Shown here: in pieces, positions 23,204 through 32,000 of the stretch
Layout of the letters: the number at the start of each line of letters is the position of its first letter
Numbering within the stretch: position 1 is the stretch's first letter
Assembly: GCA_028713575.1 (NCBI GenBank)
Contig: JAQTOB010000006.1
Span: 1-32,000, forward strand
Source: Patescibacteria group bacterium
GTDB lineage: Bacteria; Patescibacteriota; Patescibacteriia; UBA2591; UBA6264
Direction of reading: 5' to 3'
Length of the DNA: 32,000 nt
The notes under the pieces: model-generated
What the model saw: the letters and a program-made list of their open reading frames with translations, nothing else
Databases searched by the model: none
What the model was told of the DNA's origin: nothing
Program-made: the position numbers and the translations under genes

Positions 23204-24259
23204 ATGAACCAGGAAAAAACAAAAAAATTTTATCCCGGTGAAGTAAAAAATATTTTAATTACTGGCGGCGCCGGATTTATTGGGTCACATTTATGCGACC
23301 GTTTAATCAAGGAAGGAAACGTTATTTGTTTGGATAATTTTATTGGCGGAGACGTTAATAACATAAAACATTTATTGCAAAAACCGAATTTTCGTTTTAT
23401 TAAACACGACATCAATCAACGTTTTGACCTTGAAAATTTTCATGAAATAAAAGATTTTCGCGTTGATATTCATGGGATTCAGGAAATTTATCATTTAGCT
23501 TGTCCGACCTCAGCGAGGAATTTCAATCAGTTAAAAATGCAAACACTACAAACTAATTCAATCGGAACAATCAATATTTTAGAATTAACCAAATTTTATA
23601 AAGCCAAATTACTTTTTACTTCTTCCTCAGTAGTTTATGGCCCCAAAAAGGCTAGTGGTTCGTTTAAAGAAAATGAGTCTGGCGTTGTAAATTTTATTGG
23701 ACCGCGGGCTTGTTATGATGAAGGAAAGAGATTTTCTGAAACGGCGATTATCACTTATCGCGATTTATATGGATTAGAAGCAAAAATTGTCAGAGTTTTT
23801 AGAACTTATGGACCGCGAGAAGTCCTTTTTGACGGGCAAATGGTGCCTGATTTTGTTTTACAGGCCCTAAGCAATAAACCGTTGGTAATTTATGGAGATG
23901 AAAGTTTTTCTACTTCACTTTGCTATATTAGCGATTTAATAGAAGGTTTAATTAAAGTTATGGAATCAAAAGAAAATGGCCCGATTAATTTAGGACACTC
24001 ACAAGAATATAAATTGTTTGATTTGGCTCAAAAAATTATTGATTTGACTGGTTCGCAATCTAAAATTGAATTTTTACAAGCCTTACTTTTTATGACTCCC
24101 TTGGGCATGCCAGACATATCTTTAGCTAAAGAAAAGTTGGGATGGTATCCTATTGTTAGGATTGAAGACGGGTTAAAAGAGTTAATTGATTATGTCAAGG
24201 CCAATTGGATGTTGCTTAAACCTTTAGTGAATAGGTACGAACAGAAAGAGAATTATTAG
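23204..24259 (+). CDS. NAD-dependent epimerase/dehydratase, UDP-glucuronate decarboxylase (UXS)-like
   Basis: ITGGAGFIGSHL Rossmann motif, LDNFIGG, and CYDEGKRFSET (YxxxK). Confidence 0.8.
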   Translation: MNQEKTKKFYPGEVKNILITGGAGFIGSHLCDRLIKEGNVICLDNFIGGDVNNIKHLLQKPNFRFIKHDINQRFDLENFHEIKDFRVDIHGIQEIYHLACPTSARNFNQLKMQTLQTNSIGTINILELTKFYKAKLLFTSSSVVYGPKKASGSFKENESGVVNFIGPRACYDEGKRFSETAIITYRDLYGLEAKIVRVFRTYGPREVLFDGQMVPDFVLQALSNKPLVIYGDESFSTSLCYISDLIEGLIKVMESKENGPINLGHSQEYKLFDLAQKIIDLTGSQSKIEFLQALLFMTPLGMPDISLAKEKLGWYPIVRIEDGLKELIDYVKANWMLLKPLVNRYEQKENY

Positions 24260-24310
24260 ATTAACTAACTTAGATTAACCCTTAATCTCAATTTAAATCA
24301 ATTTAACCCA

Positions 24311-24437
24311 AATTAACCTAATTAATCTAATTTCTAATTGACCTAATAAAATCCCAATAATCAATAGCTGAATAACCAAGAATTTTTAGACATTGGGGTT
24401 TGGAAATTGGGCATTTATTAGAATAATTAGGTTAATT
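24311..24437. repeat. 21-bp inverted repeat (1 mismatch) flanking 85 bp
   Basis: AATTAACCTAATTAATCTAAT (24311-24331) versus ATTAGAATAATTAGGTTAATT (24417-24437). The inner 14 bp are perfectly complementary. Confidence 0.8.
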
Positions 24438-24558
24438 AGAATAATTTAGTCATTGATGGGGACGCACCTCATCAGTATGAAATGCCAAATGTCAAATCAA
24501 TGTTAAATGACTAAATGTCAAATAAAAGTTTGGATTTTGGAATTTATAGATTTAGAAT

Positions 24559-25257
24559 ATGGGAACATTGGGACACAAAAAGGTGATAGTTATTATCCCG
24601 GCTTATAATGAAGAAGAAAAAATTGCCACGGTTATTAAAGAAGTAAAACCAAATGTTGATGAAGTGGTCTTGGTTGATGACGGTTCAGACGACCGGACGG
24701 CTGAATTAGCGCAAAAACAAGAAGTTATTGTTTTAAGGCATTTATTTAATCGCGGTCAAGGGGCGGCCTTAGAAACGGGGAATCAATATGCTTTAAAACA
24801 AGGAGCAGACATTATTGTTCATTTTGACGCCGACGGGCAATTTCTAGCCGGAGAGATAAAAAATATTATTAAGCCAATAGAGAACGGTGAAGCAGAAGTA
24901 GTTTTAGGCTCTCGTTTTATGGGGAAAAAATCAAATATTCCTTGGCTCAAAAAAAATATCATTTTTCCTTTAGCCAGAAAGGTAAATAGGCTTATGGGTA
25001 TAAATTTAACAGATCCGCAAAGCGGTTTTCGGGCTTTTAGTCGTCGGGTTAACGAACAATTAAGAATTGGACAAGACGGTTCGGCTCATTGCAGCGAAAT
25101 ATTAAATAAAATTTTTTATTATAAATTTACGGTGAAAGAAATTTCCATTACCGTAATTTACAAAGATTTTGGTCAATCTTTTTTTCGCGGGAAAGGACGG
25201 GGGATGGGGGGAATCAGAATTGTTAAAGACCTAATTTTAGCCAAACTAATAAATTAA
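24559..25257 (+). CDS. family 2 glycosyltransferase (polyprenol-phosphate sugar synthase-like)
   Basis: VIIPAYNEEEKI, VDDGSDDRT and HFDADGQ. Confidence 0.88.
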   Translation: MGTLGHKKVIVIIPAYNEEEKIATVIKEVKPNVDEVVLVDDGSDDRTAELAQKQEVIVLRHLFNRGQGAALETGNQYALKQGADIIVHFDADGQFLAGEIKNIIKPIENGEAEVVLGSRFMGKKSNIPWLKKNIIFPLARKVNRLMGINLTDPQSGFRAFSRRVNEQLRIGQDGSAHCSEILNKIFYYKFTVKEISITVIYKDFGQSFFRGKGRGMGGIRIVKDLILAKLIN

Positions 25258-25263
25258 TTTTTT

Positions 25264-25590
25264 ATGTTACAAAGAATTTTAGCTTTAATTATAATTGTTT
25301 TCTTCATTTCTCGCGTTTTTTGGCAGAAACGGAAAAAACAAATTCAAGTTAATGAATTTGTTTTTTGGCTTGTTTTTTGGGCTTTGGCCGGAATTCTGGT
25401 TTTATTTTTAAAACAGATTGACAAATTTGTTTCTTATTTGGGATTCTCTGCTTCGGGGATAGACATTCTGCTCTATTTAGGAATAGCCATTTTATTTTAT
25501 TTTATTTTTCGTTTGCGACTTAAATTGGCAAAAATAGAAAAAGACATCACTGTTATTGTCAGAAATATAGCCCTAAAAGACGAGAAATAA
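25264..25590 (+). CDS. small membrane protein, possibly the DUF2304-type partner of GT2 enzymes
   Basis: 108 aa with 3-4 TM segments, immediately downstream of the GT2 gene. The family assignment is from memory of this synteny and is not verified. Confidence 0.55.
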   Translation: MLQRILALIIIVFFISRVFWQKRKKQIQVNEFVFWLVFWALAGILVLFLKQIDKFVSYLGFSASGIDILLYLGIAILFYFIFRLRLKLAKIEKDITVIVRNIALKDEK

Positions 25591-25600
25591 TTTTATATTT

Positions 25601-26203
25601 ATGGAAAATTTTTCCGAACAAATAGAAAATAAAAATCAAAAAAAATTTCTCTCTCCATTCTCTTCGTTTATTTTTGATTTGATAAAATTGGTTGTTCTGG
25701 CTTTTATCATTGTTTGGCCAATTCACCGTTTTGTTTTTCAGCCGTTTTATGTTTCTGGTCCGTCCATGGAATCCAATTTTTACAATAATGATTATTTGAT
25801 TATTGAAAAAATTACTTATTATTTTCGTCAGCCGCTTCGGGGCGAAGTGATAATTTTTCAATCACCGATTAATTCTAAAGACCACTTGATTAAAAGAGTT
25901 ATTGGATTGCCCGGGGAAAAAATTGCGATAGAAAAAGGACAAATCATTATTTATAATCATCAATTTCCGCAGGGAATAATTTTAAAAGAAGAATATTTAA
26001 CTCCGGGAACAGGCACGCCCGGACAAACAACAATTGAGCTAAAAGAAGATGAGTATTATGTTTTGGGCGATAATCGTAATATGAGTTTAGATTCCCGGTC
26101 GTTTGGCACAATTAAAGAAAAAAACATTACGGGACGAGCCTGGTTTAGAGGATTACCGACAAGAAACGCCGGTTTGGTTAAAACACCAATTTTTATTTAT
26201 TAA
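25601..26203 (+). CDS. lepB: signal peptidase I
   Basis: SGPSMESNF (catalytic Ser), IKRVIGLPGEKI (Lys box) and VLGDNRNMSLDSR. Confidence 0.93.
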   Translation: MENFSEQIENKNQKKFLSPFSSFIFDLIKLVVLAFIIVWPIHRFVFQPFYVSGPSMESNFYNNDYLIIEKITYYFRQPLRGEVIIFQSPINSKDHLIKRVIGLPGEKIAIEKGQIIIYNHQFPQGIILKEEYLTPGTGTPGQTTIELKEDEYYVLGDNRNMSLDSRSFGTIKEKNITGRAWFRGLPTRNAGLVKTPIFIY

Positions 26204-26219
26204 TTTATTAGATAAATAT

Positions 26220-27716
26220 ATGATGAAGAAGAAACAGAAGAGAAAACCAAAAATTAAATTACAAAAAACTAAAAAAATTTTAAAAAAATCTAAAGAAATT
26301 AAAAAGAATAAATTTAAAAAATTAAAAACAAAAAAACAAAAAAATAAAGAGCCAAGAAAAAAGGGAAAATACTCGCCTAAAATTTTAAGAGGGATGAAAG
26401 ATATTCTTCCCGAAGAAACGAAAATTTGGGATTTTGTTTGTAAAAGATTGACAGAATTGGCGGAAAGCTATGGTTTTCAAAAAATAGAAACGCCTGTTTT
26501 GGAAGAGAGAGCTCTTTTTGAAAAATCTACCGGCTTAAGTTCAGATATTGTGGAAAAACAGATGTATCAATTTACAGACCGAGGAGGAAATAGCGTGGTG
26601 ATGCGTCCGGAATTTACCCCCGGAATAGTTCGTTCTTATATTGAACAGGGGATGTTCAATTTGCCACAACCGATTAAATTCTTTTGTTTTGGCCCCCTTT
26701 TTCGTTATGAAAGACCGCAAGCCGGGAGATTAAGACAACTCCACCAATTTAATTTTGAAGTTTTAGGTTCAGCCAAACCCGTGGTTGATGCCCAGCTTAT
26801 TTTGTTTTCACAGGCATTTTTTAACACTTTGGGATTAAAAGTAAATATTCAAATTAATAGTTTAGGTTGCCCTTCTTGCCGAAAATCTTATCGTTCAAAG
26901 TTAATGAATTATTTTCGTGCCAAGCAAAAATGGCTTTGCCCGGATTGTCAGCGAAGATTAAAAACAAATCCTTTAAGAATTTTAGATTGTCAAAATCCAG
27001 ATTGTCGGGAATTAATCACTCGCGCGCCACAGTTAGTTGATGATTTATGTTCCGAGTGCCAAAGTCATTTTGTGAAAGTTTTGGAATATCTTGATGAAGC
27101 AAATGTTATTTATAAATTAAATCCCTATTTAGTTAGGGGCCTTGATTATTATACTCGCACGGTTTTTGAATTTTGGCCGGAGCGGCCAGAAAAGCCAATC
27201 AACGATTCCTTATTGCAAGGAGAAGAAGAAAAAAAAATAACAAATGAATTACAAGAAAAAGAAAAAGAACTTTTTTCTTCACCCAGTGCTTTAGGCGGGG
27301 GCGGAAGATACGACAATTTAGTGGAGAGTTTGGGAGGGAGGCTGACTCCGGCCGCTGGTTTTGCCTATGGTTTGGACAGAATTATTGAAGAAATAAAAAT
27401 TCAAGACCTTAAGGTTTTGAAAAGTAAATCTCCACAAATTTTTTTAGCGCAAATAGGTGAAGTCGCTTGTCGTCGAGCATTAAAATTATTTGAAGATTTG
27501 CGTAAACAGGGATTTAAAGTGGGAGAAAATTTAGCCAAGGATAGTTTAAAAGCGCAAATGGAAATGGCCAATAAATTAGGCGTCAAATTAACTTTAATTC
27601 TCGGACAACAAGAAATTCTTGATAAAACTATTATTATTCGCGATATGCACTCGGGTAATCAGGAAATAGTTGATCAAGAAAAAATAATCAAAGAATTAAA
27701 AAAACGGTTGAAATAA
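26220..27716 (+). CDS. hisS: histidine--tRNA ligase with about 52-aa poly-Lys N-terminal extension
   Basis: LRGMKDILP, class II motifs (FRYERPQAGRLRQ, GGGRYD). The start is set at ATGATG 26220, because the ORF-track start at 26103 overlaps lepB. Confidence 0.93.
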   Translation: MMKKKQKRKPKIKLQKTKKILKKSKEIKKNKFKKLKTKKQKNKEPRKKGKYSPKILRGMKDILPEETKIWDFVCKRLTELAESYGFQKIETPVLEERALFEKSTGLSSDIVEKQMYQFTDRGGNSVVMRPEFTPGIVRSYIEQGMFNLPQPIKFFCFGPLFRYERPQAGRLRQLHQFNFEVLGSAKPVVDAQLILFSQAFFNTLGLKVNIQINSLGCPSCRKSYRSKLMNYFRAKQKWLCPDCQRRLKTNPLRILDCQNPDCRELITRAPQLVDDLCSECQSHFVKVLEYLDEANVIYKLNPYLVRGLDYYTRTVFEFWPERPEKPINDSLLQGEEEKKITNELQEKEKELFSSPSALGGGGRYDNLVESLGGRLTPAAGFAYGLDRIIEEIKIQDLKVLKSKSPQIFLAQIGEVACRRALKLFEDLRKQGFKVGENLAKDSLKAQMEMANKLGVKLTLILGQQEILDKTIIIRDMHSGNQEIVDQEKIIKELKKRLK

Positions 27717-27802
27717 TTTAATGTAAAACTTAGAGAAAATTTCTAATTGCATTTTGAGATTTAAATTTTAAATTAACAATGTTTTAATGTTCTAATGTTT
27801 TT

Positions 27803-29026
27803 ATGACAGTTTGTTTTTATACCTTTGGCTGCAAATTAAATCAAGCAGAAACAGAAGAATTAAAAGAAAAATTTTTAAAACAAGGATGGGAGATAAAACA
27901 AGGAAACATTAAGGCCGACCTTTATGTAATTAATGCTTGTGCTGTTACACAAAAAGCGGAGAAAGAGGTAAGACAATTAATTCATCGTGTTAAGAAAAAT
28001 TATCCCCGTTCTTTGTTAGCCGTAATCGGATGTTTTACGTCAGAAATTAAAAAAACGGAGAAGAAAGTTGATTTTTGGATTAATAATTTTGAAAAATATA
28101 ACATTCTTAAGATTATTTCTTTAAAAACCAGGCGGCCCAAAAAGGCTTTTAATAAAATTGAAAGACGAAATCGTTTTTTAATTAGAATACAAACAGGTTG
28201 TCAGCATTATTGTTCTTACTGCATTGTGCCCTTTTTTAGGCCAAAGATATTTAATCGGCCGCTGAAGGAAATTATTAAGGAAATAAATGAAAAAGAAAAA
28301 CAGGGCTGTCAAGAAGCGGTTTTAGTGGGGACAAACATCGGCTTATATAGAGAAAAAGAATTTAATTTTGTTGATTCTTTAAGGGAGATTTTAAAAAAAA
28401 CAGCTATTTCTAGAATTCGTCTTTCTTCTCTTTGGCCGACGAATATTGATCAAGACTTGCTTTCTTTATTTAAAAATAAAAGACTGTGTCCGCATTTTCA
28501 CTTATCAATTCAATCCGCTAGCGATAGAATTTTAAAATTGATGAACAGAGAATATACTCGGGCCGATTTAGAAAAAATAATTAAAGGAATCAAAAAGATT
28601 CCGGCTGTCGGATTAACCGCTGATTTTATTGTTGGTTTTCCCGGAGAAAAGGATATTGATTTTCAAAAAACAAAAAATTTTATTAAATCGGCCGGCTTTT
28701 TAAAGATTCACGTTTTTCGTTTTTCTCCTCGGCCACAAACAGCGGCGGTCAATTTTAAAAATCAAATAACAGAGAGGATAAAACAAGAAAGAAGCCAAGA
28801 GTTAATTGAATTAGGCAAAAAAATAGGAGAAAATGAAAAAAATAAATTATTAAAAACAAGAAATGAGGTTTTGATTGAGTCAAAAATTAATTCTTATTGG
28901 CAAGGATGGACGGGTAATTATTTAAAGGTTTTTGTTCAAAATTCTCGTTGCTTGATTAATAAAATCGTTAAAGTTAAATTAATTAAACGCTTCAGAGAAG
29001 GATTTATTGGTCAAATAATAGAATAA
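27803..29026 (+). CDS. radical-SAM methylthiotransferase, MtaB-like (MiaB/RimO family)
   Basis: N-terminal TFGCKLNQAETE, radical-SAM GCQHYCSYCIVP and a C-terminal TRAM-like segment. Confidence 0.85.
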   Translation: MTVCFYTFGCKLNQAETEELKEKFLKQGWEIKQGNIKADLYVINACAVTQKAEKEVRQLIHRVKKNYPRSLLAVIGCFTSEIKKTEKKVDFWINNFEKYNILKIISLKTRRPKKAFNKIERRNRFLIRIQTGCQHYCSYCIVPFFRPKIFNRPLKEIIKEINEKEKQGCQEAVLVGTNIGLYREKEFNFVDSLREILKKTAISRIRLSSLWPTNIDQDLLSLFKNKRLCPHFHLSIQSASDRILKLMNREYTRADLEKIIKGIKKIPAVGLTADFIVGFPGEKDIDFQKTKNFIKSAGFLKIHVFRFSPRPQTAAVNFKNQITERIKQERSQELIELGKKIGENEKNKLLKTRNEVLIESKINSYWQGWTGNYLKVFVQNSRCLINKIVKVKLIKRFREGFIGQIIE

Positions 29027-29042
29027 AAATTAATTTATATTT

Positions 29043-29870
29043 ATGATTAAATCAACGGCAAAAAATCCTAAAGGAGAGAATAATTGTCAATATCATATTG
29101 CTTGCCGAAAAAATGAATTGGCTTCTTATGCTCTTTTGCCCGGCGATCCGGGCAGGGTTTTGAAGATAACAAAAAACTGGGAAAAGAAAAAACAAATTGC
29201 TTTTAATAGAGAATATCGTTCAATAACTGGATATTTTAAAAATTTGAAAATTTCTTGTGTTTCCACCGGCATTGGCGCGCCTTCTGCCGCCATTGCCATA
29301 GAAGAAATGATTCGTTTAAATGTTCACACTTTTATTCGAGTTGGGAGTACCGGGGCGATTCAAAAAGGCATTAATCCCGGAGATTTAATTATTAATATCG
29401 GGGCCGTACGTTCAGATGGAACCTCAAAAAGTTACATTCAACCAACTTATCCGGCCTTAGCCAATTACGAAGTAGTGATGGCCTTAATTGAGGCCTGTGA
29501 AAAATTGTCCATTAAATACCATTTGGGCATTTCCGCCTCTACGGACGCTTTTTATGTCGGCGAAGGGCGTTTAGGATTCAGGGGATATAATCAGGCCGCC
29601 CTTAAAAATATTGTCCCGGATTTGCAAAAAGCAAATGTTATTAATTTGGATATGGAAAATTCAATTATTTTTACTTTGGCCAGCCTTTATAATTTTCGCG
29701 CTGGAGCAATTTGCGTTGTTTTTGACAATTTAATAACCAATAAATGGATAGTTAAAGGAGAGGAAAAGCTCGGCAAAGTCGCCTCGGAGTCAATGGTTAT
29801 TCTTAATCAATGGGATAAAATAAAGAAAAAAAGAAAAAAGAAATATTTTTATCCTTCTTTAATATATTAA
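29043..29870 (+). CDS. nucleoside phosphorylase (uridine phosphorylase / PNP-UDP family)
   Basis: LLPGDPGRV, GIGAPSAAIAIEE and RVGSTGA motifs. Confidence 0.82.
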   Translation: MIKSTAKNPKGENNCQYHIACRKNELASYALLPGDPGRVLKITKNWEKKKQIAFNREYRSITGYFKNLKISCVSTGIGAPSAAIAIEEMIRLNVHTFIRVGSTGAIQKGINPGDLIINIGAVRSDGTSKSYIQPTYPALANYEVVMALIEACEKLSIKYHLGISASTDAFYVGEGRLGFRGYNQAALKNIVPDLQKANVINLDMENSIIFTLASLYNFRAGAICVVFDNLITNKWIVKGEEKLGKVASESMVILNQWDKIKKKRKKKYFYPSLIY

Positions 29871-29890
29871 TAAATTTAAAACAAAAATTT

Positions 29891-30139
29891 ATGTCAAATT
29901 TGAAAAAATTTTTAAAAATTGGAGCAATTGGAACAGCAATCGGCTCATTAATTGGTTTGCTTTGCGCCAAAAAATCAGGAAAAGAAACAAGGGCGGAATT
30001 AAAAGAAAAGATAAAAGAAACAAAAGACAAGGCTATTGATTTGGCGGAAAAAACGGCCGACCAAGTTAAAGAAATTAAACAAGAGGTTGAAGAAGATTTT
30101 GGAAAAGTCAAAGAAATTTTTAAAGACAAAGAAGAATAA
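29891..30139 (+). CDS. YtxH-like small protein
   Basis: N-terminal GAIGTAIGSLIGLLCAKKSGKETR followed by a K/E-rich coiled segment. Confidence 0.7.
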   Translation: MSNLKKFLKIGAIGTAIGSLIGLLCAKKSGKETRAELKEKIKETKDKAIDLAEKTADQVKEIKQEVEEDFGKVKEIFKDKEE

Positions 30140-30143
30140 ATAT

Positions 30144-30377
30144 ATGTTTAAAACTTTCTTAGACAAAGAAAAATGCATTGGTTGCGGAACCTGTGTCGCG
30201 GTTTGTCCTGCTAATTTTGAAATAGATGACGACGGGAAAGCAAAGGTCATTAAAGAAGAGACTGAAACCATGGGATGTAATAGATTAGCAGAAGAAAGTT
30301 GTCCGGTTAAAGCAATTAGTATTAAAGTTGATAAAAAGCCGAACGAACCGGAATCAACAGAAATTAAAAAAGAATAG
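30144..30377 (+). CDS. small 4Fe-4S ferredoxin
   Basis: CIGCGTCVAVCP ... CPVKAI. The start is placed at ATG 30144, because the longer ORF-track frame overlaps the YtxH-like gene. Confidence 0.82.
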   Translation: MFKTFLDKEKCIGCGTCVAVCPANFEIDDDGKAKVIKEETETMGCNRLAEESCPVKAISIKVDKKPNEPESTEIKKE

Positions 30378-30426
30378 AAAATACTGAGATTAGACTTTTC
30401 TAAATTTTTTACATTTTTATGTTTTC

Positions 30427-30816
30427 ATGATAGTTGAAGTTAATAAATTGATTAAAAACCAGGTCAGTAAAAATTTTATAATTTCAGTTATAAAACAAGC
30501 AGGCAAAAAATTAAAATGCGATTTTATCCTTTCCGTCGCTCTAGTGGACAACAAAACAATAAAAAAGTTAAACCATCAATATTTAAAAATCAATCAAACA
30601 ACAGATGTTTTGTCTTTTTCTGAACCAGCGGAAATTATCATTTCTTGGCCAATGGTAATAACTCAAGCTAAAAAGCAGAAACATAGCCAAAAAAAAGAAT
30701 TAACATTTTTACTTATCCACGGCTTATTGCATATTCTCGGCTATGACCATAAAACAAAAAGGCAACAAGACATTATGGAAAAAAAATTTAAACAAGTAAT
30801 TTCTTTTCTAAAATAA
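30427..30816 (+). CDS. ybeY: rRNA maturation endoribonuclease YbeY
   Basis: HGLLHILGYDH metal-binding motif. Confidence 0.92.
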   Translation: MIVEVNKLIKNQVSKNFIISVIKQAGKKLKCDFILSVALVDNKTIKKLNHQYLKINQTTDVLSFSEPAEIIISWPMVITQAKKQKHSQKKELTFLLIHGLLHILGYDHKTKRQQDIMEKKFKQVISFLK

Positions 30817-30880
30817 AAAAAATTTTTGTTAAAGGTGGATTCGCCTTTAGCGGAAAAATAAGAATATAATTTTATTTTTT

Positions 30881-32000
30881 ATGTCCCGTTTACCAATTAT
30901 TACTGGCATTGATTTAGGCTCATCAACCATTAGAATCGCAGTAGGAGAAATCAGGCCAGAGGGAGACCTTCATATAACTGGATTAGGAGAAGGACCGTCT
31001 GAAGGAATTAGCAAAGGAGTGGTTACCAGTATTGAAGATACGGTTTCCAGCATTTCCGCTTGTGTAGAACAAGTAGAAAGGATGACCGGTAATTCAATTG
31101 AGACCGCCTATATTGGCATTTCCGGCAGTCATATTATTTCTCAAGAAAGTCGAGGCGTGGTGGCTATTTCTGGCGCTGACGGAGAAATTAAACACGAAGA
31201 CGTGGAAAGAGTTTTAGAGGCGGCAGAAAAAGTGGCGACCCCGGCCAATTATGAAATAATTCACGTTTTGCCCAGAAATTTTTCTGTTGACAATCAGGTT
31301 GGGATTATAGATCCAGTTGGAATGACGGGCGTTCGTTTAGAGGTGGAAGCGCAAATTATTTTGGGATTGGCCAATCAGATTAAAAATCTTAATAAATGTC
31401 TTTATCGAGTGGGAATAGACGCCAAAGAAATAGTTTTTACCGCTCTTTCTACGGCGGAAGCGGTTTTGAACAAAAGACAGAAAGATTTAGGTGTCTTGGT
31501 TCTCAATATTGGCAGTACGACTACGAGTTTTGCCGTTTTTGAAGAAGGAGATGTTTTAACCGCTAAAGTTTTACCTATTGGTGCTCGGCATATTACCAAC
31601 GATATTGCTATCGGATTACGCATCCCGGTTGATTTAGCTGAAATAATTAAAATAAATTATGGTACTTCTTTAATAGAAAAGGCTAGTAAAAATAAAATTA
31701 TAAATTTTAAAGATTTGGACGAAAAAGAATCAGGGACAGTTTCACAGAAAGAGGTGGCAAAAATTATTGAAGCTCGGTGCGAAGAAATTTTTAAAATGAC
31801 AGACAAAGAATTGATTCACGTTGACCGGAATGGTAAATTGCCGGCAGGCGTGGTTTTAACTGGCGCTGGAGCTAAATTAGACGGCTTAACAGAAACGGCT
31901 AAAAAAATTTTTAAAATGCCGGCTTCTTTAGGAGTTCCTCAAGGATTTGTTAGTGGCATAAATAAGGCCTTTGACCCGAGTTTTTCCACCGCCGTTGGTT
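30881..32000 (+). CDS. ftsA: cell division protein FtsA (3'-truncated by window end)
   Basis: My own translation reads MSRLPIITGIDLGSSTIRIAVGE...GISKGVV...IGISGSHI. The frame stays open to position 32000. It is absent from the ORF track because no stop codon is reached. Confidence 0.9.
   Translation, partial: MSRLPIITGIDLGSSTIRIAVGEIRPEGDLHITGLGEGPSEGISKGVVTSIEDTVSSISACVEQVERMTGNSIETAYIGISGSHIISQESRGVVAISGADGEIKHEDVERVLEAAEKVATPANYEIIHVLPRNFSVDNQVGIIDPVGMTGVRLEVEAQIILGLANQIKNLNKCLYRVGIDAKEIVFTALSTAEAVLNKRQKDLGVLVLNIGSTTTSFAVFEEGDVLTAKVLPIGARHITNDIAIGLRIPVDLAEIIKINYGTSLIEKASKNKIINFKDLDEKESGTVSQKEVAKIIEARCEEIFKMTDKELIHVDRNGKLPAGVVLTGAGAKLDGLTETAKKIFKMPASLGVPQGFVSGINKAFDPSFSTAVG

Noticed and set aside
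26103-26219. The ORF-track start of the hisS frame at 26103
   Set aside because: This stretch overlaps the 3' end of lepB by 101 nt in another frame. ATGATG at 26220, just after the lepB stop, is the plausible start.
30036-30143. Long form of the ferredoxin ORF
   Set aside because: It overlaps the YtxH-like gene in another frame and is lysine-rich low complexity. ATG 30144, 2 nt after the YtxH-like stop... 4 nt after it counting the stop's last base at 30139, gives a typical 77-aa ferredoxin.
29803-30271. Two minus-strand ORFs (108 and 90 aa) opposite the phosphorylase 3' end, the YtxH-like gene and the ferredoxin start
   Set aside because: These are Phe/Ser/Lys-rich low-complexity translations antisense to K/E-rich coding sequence. 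They are artefacts of A/T-rich codon mirroring.

Overview
AT-rich, gene-dense bacterial window. The + strand carries a tuf-S10-spc ribosomal-protein supercluster: tuf, rpsJ, rplC, rplD, rplW, rplB, rpsS, rplV, rpsC, rplP, rpmC, rpsQ, rplN, rplX, rplE, Z-type rpsN, rpsH, rplF, rplR, rpsE, rplO, secY, adk, map. After map the cluster breaks off. Next come two unassigned small membrane ORFs, then on the minus strand tRNA-His, tRNA-Arg, htpX, a Xer-type recombinase and a VanZ-like ORF. The + strand then carries rpsO-NYN-pnp, a UXS-like/GT2/small-membrane trio, lepB, hisS, an mtaB-like gene, a nucleoside phosphorylase, a YtxH-like ORF, a ferredoxin, ybeY and the 5' part of ftsA. There is no L30 gene between rpsE and rplO and Shine-Dalgarno sequences are almost absent. 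Together with lysine-rich tails on translation proteins, this fits a CPR/Patescibacteria-type reduced genome (inference only). I see no CRISPR array, prophage, transposase or recognisable defence island. The unusual content is mostly non-coding. (1) A family of modular leader elements sits in unusually long spacers inside the r-protein operons, combining a frame-preserved mini-ORF, a UCCGC/GCGGA hairpin, GCATTT word runs and an AGCGAAG box just upstream of start codons. (2) A near-perfect 120-bp tandem repeat lies between adk and map. (3) A NYN nuclease gene is inserted between rpsO and pnp, followed by a 13-bp perfect stem in the pnp leader. (4) There are several protein-level oddities: a second extended adenylate-kinase-like gene, a Cys4 insert in EF-Tu, and a poly-Lys N-terminus on HisRS. 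All functional readings of the non-coding elements are hypotheses from sequence inspection. No database search or folding computation was run.
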